Shown in pieces: positions 50,201 through 51,313 of a stretch of 51,313 nucleotides of DNA. The notes under the pieces were generated by a model. The model had not been told where the DNA came from and searched no databases. It saw only the letters and a program-made list of their open reading frames with translations. Both the position numbers and the translations under genes were made by a program. Origin of the DNA: Methylococcales bacterium (GTDB lineage: Bacteria > Pseudomonadota > Gammaproteobacteria > Methylococcales > Methylomonadaceae). Position 1 is the first letter of the stretch, and every line of letters starts with the position of its first letter. The stretch spans positions 1-51,313 of the forward strand of contig JAQTXN010000001.1 in the NCBI GenBank assembly GCA_028688755.1, read 5' to 3'.

Positions 50201-51313
50201 AATCAATACAGCGTTAGCAGCGGCAACTTTTACAGCAACTAATGCAGGGGCGGCTTCAATTGGAATTTCTGTCACGGATGCTATCGAAACGGCGACTGCA
50301 ACTTATAATTTAATGGCAACGAATCCGCCAGAACCAACACCTGCACCTGCACCAACGCCTGTTCCAACTCCAACTCCTGCGCCTGTATTTGAAAAACCAG
50401 TGTCAAAAGACGTTGAATCACAAGTCCCTTCGGCAAGTGGTGTAAAAGGCGATGGAAACGGTGATGGCATTTCAGATATTGATCAAAAAAATGTGATTTC
50501 GATTCCGACGCAAAAAGATTTGCGTGAAACAGCTGATACCCCGAAAGTCTTTTTATCGATTGAATTACCGCAAGGTCAAACTTTGACAAAAGCCGAAGTG
50601 AAGCCTGTTGCAGAAATGATAAAAGAAAAACCGATTACTTTTGCAACTGAAGTTGTGAATGATAAAGGTGAAAGAGTAGTGCAAGAAGTCGCCATTACTG
50701 AAGAAACTGCGCCGTTTGGTTTGTTTGAATTTAATCTTTCGGGGGTTTCACAAACGTTTGATTCTGTAACGGGTGCAATAAAAGCTGGCACGTCAAGTGT
50801 GAAACTGTATTTGGACGACAACCAAACCGTTGAAAAATACCTTAAACAAACGGTTTCTGGAACGTGGGAACCCATTCCATTTACTTACGTTTATGATGCA
50901 AAACTCGGAAAAACCGTTGTTTCGATTTCGCTCACTGACGGTGATAAATTCGACTTAGACGGCAAAGTGGATGGTGGAATTTCAGATCCAGGTACCCCGA
51001 TTATTACGCCAAAATTAACAGCTGCGCCGATTCCTGTAGCGTTACCTGCACCGATTGAAAAAGTATTTATGGGGTATGGCAGCTCGTTTGAATTAACCTC
51101 AGGGGCGGCGCAAGTTTTTGGCTCATCGCTGCGTGAAGTGTTGACGTTAAAATCGGGAGCTAGCAACGTAGTGATTGACCAAAATGTGGAGCAAGTGAAT
51201 TTGGCGGGGAAATTTGCCGATTACTCATTTGAGCAACAAGGCAACAGCTTGAAAGGCATCAATAATTCGACAATTGTTGCAAAAGTGTTCGTGCAAGACG
51301 ATAGCAATGGCAC
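47283..51313 (+). CDS. Giant multidomain surface/adhesin-like protein, 3'-open at window end (DUF4347, C-type lectin, Ig/FN3-like, LamG, 3 cadherin-like modules, PT linker, Ca-binding-like motifs)
   Basis: I hand-translated codons starting at positions divisible by 3, from ATG 47283 to nt 51313, and met no stop (1343 codons). An in-frame TGA at 47226 bounds it upstream. It is absent from the track because no stop lies in the window. Motifs are listed in the findings. Confidence 0.85.
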   Translation, partial: MTTQTKLEFLFIDANVADKKTFINSAASNVKIVELNDKSDALTQIAAALQGVKNLNAIHIISHGSEGELDFANGTLNSTNLLTYQSQLKKIGTSLSKDGDILLYGCDVAKGDDGGVFINSLAKLTKADVAASTDFTGAASLGGDWVLENQTGDINSAVLAFESYSKTLTALPANTYFNSANGHYYQYVATSLSWADAKAAAANSTLNGLTGYLVTITSQDESDFLFSTFSSRPDSGNSWFGAKYVSGTWKWDAGPEAGQTLSYNRWHSGEPNGGGNEYAYLYNRTRTDPNDGLNGDWYDEGGPASYIVEYGAAAADTTPPVFDVAPAASNVLTTTLDLSASIDEAGTIYYVVVPNNASAPSVEQVLAGQDSTGTVAFKSGNSAVTTTPFTGTFNLTGLTASTDYDVYVVAKDAAGTPNVMVAATKVDVTTNAVPTITSLDRYYNLVGNGSTSGDYIELPSFNPSVFGNAFTLEAWVKVSSLDSWARILDFGRGTGSDNIIFSTSGDGNNGPLAFSSYNGGSGINVLASNDATGKLPLNTWTHVAATYEYTSGSTATVKLYKDGSLIQTNTSAQPIASVTRNLNYIGKSNWSQDAYTNGKIKDARVWSVARTAQEISDNKTTLTDSTGLYTRYLLNDGTGTTVKNSSPTGSSLDATIHPGTGVWVSSTTSNATLSGLNGIEENTVFLNTFSIADDGTSATVTLSSTNGTLHVSNSVTNGLTSGISNNDTNSVTVTGTLTAINATIAGNGITLTPDITHTSNFTSVITIGADDGAGGIATNSFSVVVAADNDAPTATNLSAAETFVEDTALNLTDIVVTDIDSATVTATLTLSDVLAGTISTATSNSVTSTFTNGVWTATGAKADVNTLLAGATFTPTANYNQNFTIATAITDGTTGTKSFSGTPVNDAPTISSVPNTVLAVTTGQSAALADFTVADVDSENLTVTLTATNGTIGSVTDADTNVAGIQVTGSAATINTALAAATFTATNAGAASIGISVTDAIETATATYNLMATNPPEPTPAPAPTPVPTPTPAPVFEKPVSKDVESQVPSASGVKGDGNGDGISDIDQKNVISIPTQKDLRETADTPKVFLSIELPQGQTLTKAEVKPVAEMIKEKPITFATEVVNDKGERVVQEVAITEETAPFGLFEFNLSGVSQTFDSVTGAIKAGTSSVKLYLDDNQTVEKYLKQTVSGTWEPIPFTYVYDAKLGKTVVSISLTDGDKFDLDGKVDGGISDPGTPIITPKLTAAPIPVALPAPIEKVFMGYGSSFELTSGAAQVFGSSLREVLTLKSGASNVVIDQNVEQVNLAGKFADYSFEQQGNSLKGINNSTIVAKVFVQDDSNG
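47805..48215 (+). other. C-type lectin-like domain inside the giant ORF
   Basis: YYQYVATSLSWADAKAAAA...GYLVTITSQDESDFL...WFGA...WKWDAG...YNRWHSGEPNGGGNEYAYL...GDWYDEG...YIVEYG. The EPN triplet is at 48090-48098 and WYD (the WND position) at 48171-48179. The domain contains no cysteines. Confidence 0.75.
48590..49200 (+). other. LamG / concanavalin-A-like lectin domain inside the giant ORF
   Basis: GDYIELPSFNPSVFGNAFTLEAWVKVSSLDSWARILDFG...NTWTHVAATYEY...VKLYKDGSLI...NYIGKSNW...GKIKDARVWSVARTAQEI is a typical Laminin_G_3 pattern. Confidence 0.75.
49299..50321 (+). repeat. Three tandem, diverged cadherin-like/Ig-like protein modules of about 109-116 aa
   Basis: Module boundaries are marked by DNDAPT (49644-49661), VNDAPT (49992-50009) and a degenerate TNPPEPT (50319-50339). 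Internal blocks recur: (I/V)(A/T)D(D/I/V)D(G/S)...TVTL(S/T)..NGT and the ...ATFT(P/A)T motif. Confidence 0.6.
50325..50384 (+). repeat. Pro/Thr/Ala-rich low-complexity linker (PPEPTPAPAPTPVPTPTPAP)
   Basis: Direct translation of 50325-50384. It separates the cadherin-like modules from the C-terminal DGNGDGISD / DLDGKVDGGISDPG region. Confidence 0.8.

Noticed and set aside
49250-51166. Five - strand track ORFs (49250..49903, 49916..50134, 50281..50589, 50576..50875, 50891..51166) with Ala/Thr/Val/Ser-rich translations.
   Set aside because: They are antisense shadows of the uninterrupted + strand giant ORF. That ORF has recognisable domains (LamG, cadherin-like, PT linker), whereas the antisense translations show no motifs and are fragmented.
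1-51313. Searched by eye for CRISPR arrays, tRNA/rRNA genes, IS elements, integrases, phage genes and known defence-system hallmarks.
   Set aside because: No regularly spaced short repeats, no cloverleaf-like or rRNA-like stretches in the intergenic regions, and no transposase, integrase or phage-like ORFs were seen. The only accessory-like modules are the MazEF-like pair and the repeat-flanked Fec island.

Overview
This is a 51.3-kb chromosomal segment from a low-GC Gammaproteobacterium. The assignment rests on gene content and order: rppH, miaB-ybeZ-ybeY-corC, yhbY/rlmE, sbcB, recD, lpxB, pgsA and hisS. The many PAS and c-di-GMP signalling genes and a DUF4347-type giant protein would fit a Thiotrichales/Beggiatoa-like organism, but I cannot verify that without a search. 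Coding density is high: about 1-29.6 kb on +, 29.6-40.3 kb mostly on -, and 40.6 kb to the end on +. I recognised no rRNA, tRNA, CRISPR array, transposase or integrase. Main points: (1) The ORF track misses a giant + strand ORF starting at 47283. It runs off the window end with no stop (1343 codons read by hand). It encodes DUF4347, a Cys-free C-type lectin, an Ig/FN3-like domain, LamG, three cadherin-like modules, a Pro/Thr linker and Ca-binding-like motifs. The track lists only antisense shadow ORFs there. (2) Directly upstream and co-directional lie a CxxCH (DUF3365-type) sensor kinase, a REC-HD-GYP regulator and a GT4 glycosyltransferase. Together with the giant gene they are a candidate c-di-GMP-gated surface adhesin module; this is a hypothesis. 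(3) A PepSY/TonB-receptor/FecR/FecI iron-uptake island is bracketed by two diverged direct repeats of about 115-125 bp. The right-hand copy carries the recD start codon. (4) An atypically long (1818 aa) glutamate-synthase large-subunit homolog has no gltD next to it. A CysJ-like diflavin reductase follows instead, with a MazEF-type toxin-antitoxin pair wedged between them. (5) A porin gene is frameshifted at a short TG run. (6) Several operon contexts are non-canonical: pgsA/lpxB are interleaved with signalling genes, a GGDEF gene sits where lnt is expected, and rbgA, nirG/nirH-like genes and a pilin gene are translationally coupled. All alignments and translations were done by eye. All family assignments are motif-based and need HMM/BLAST confirmation.
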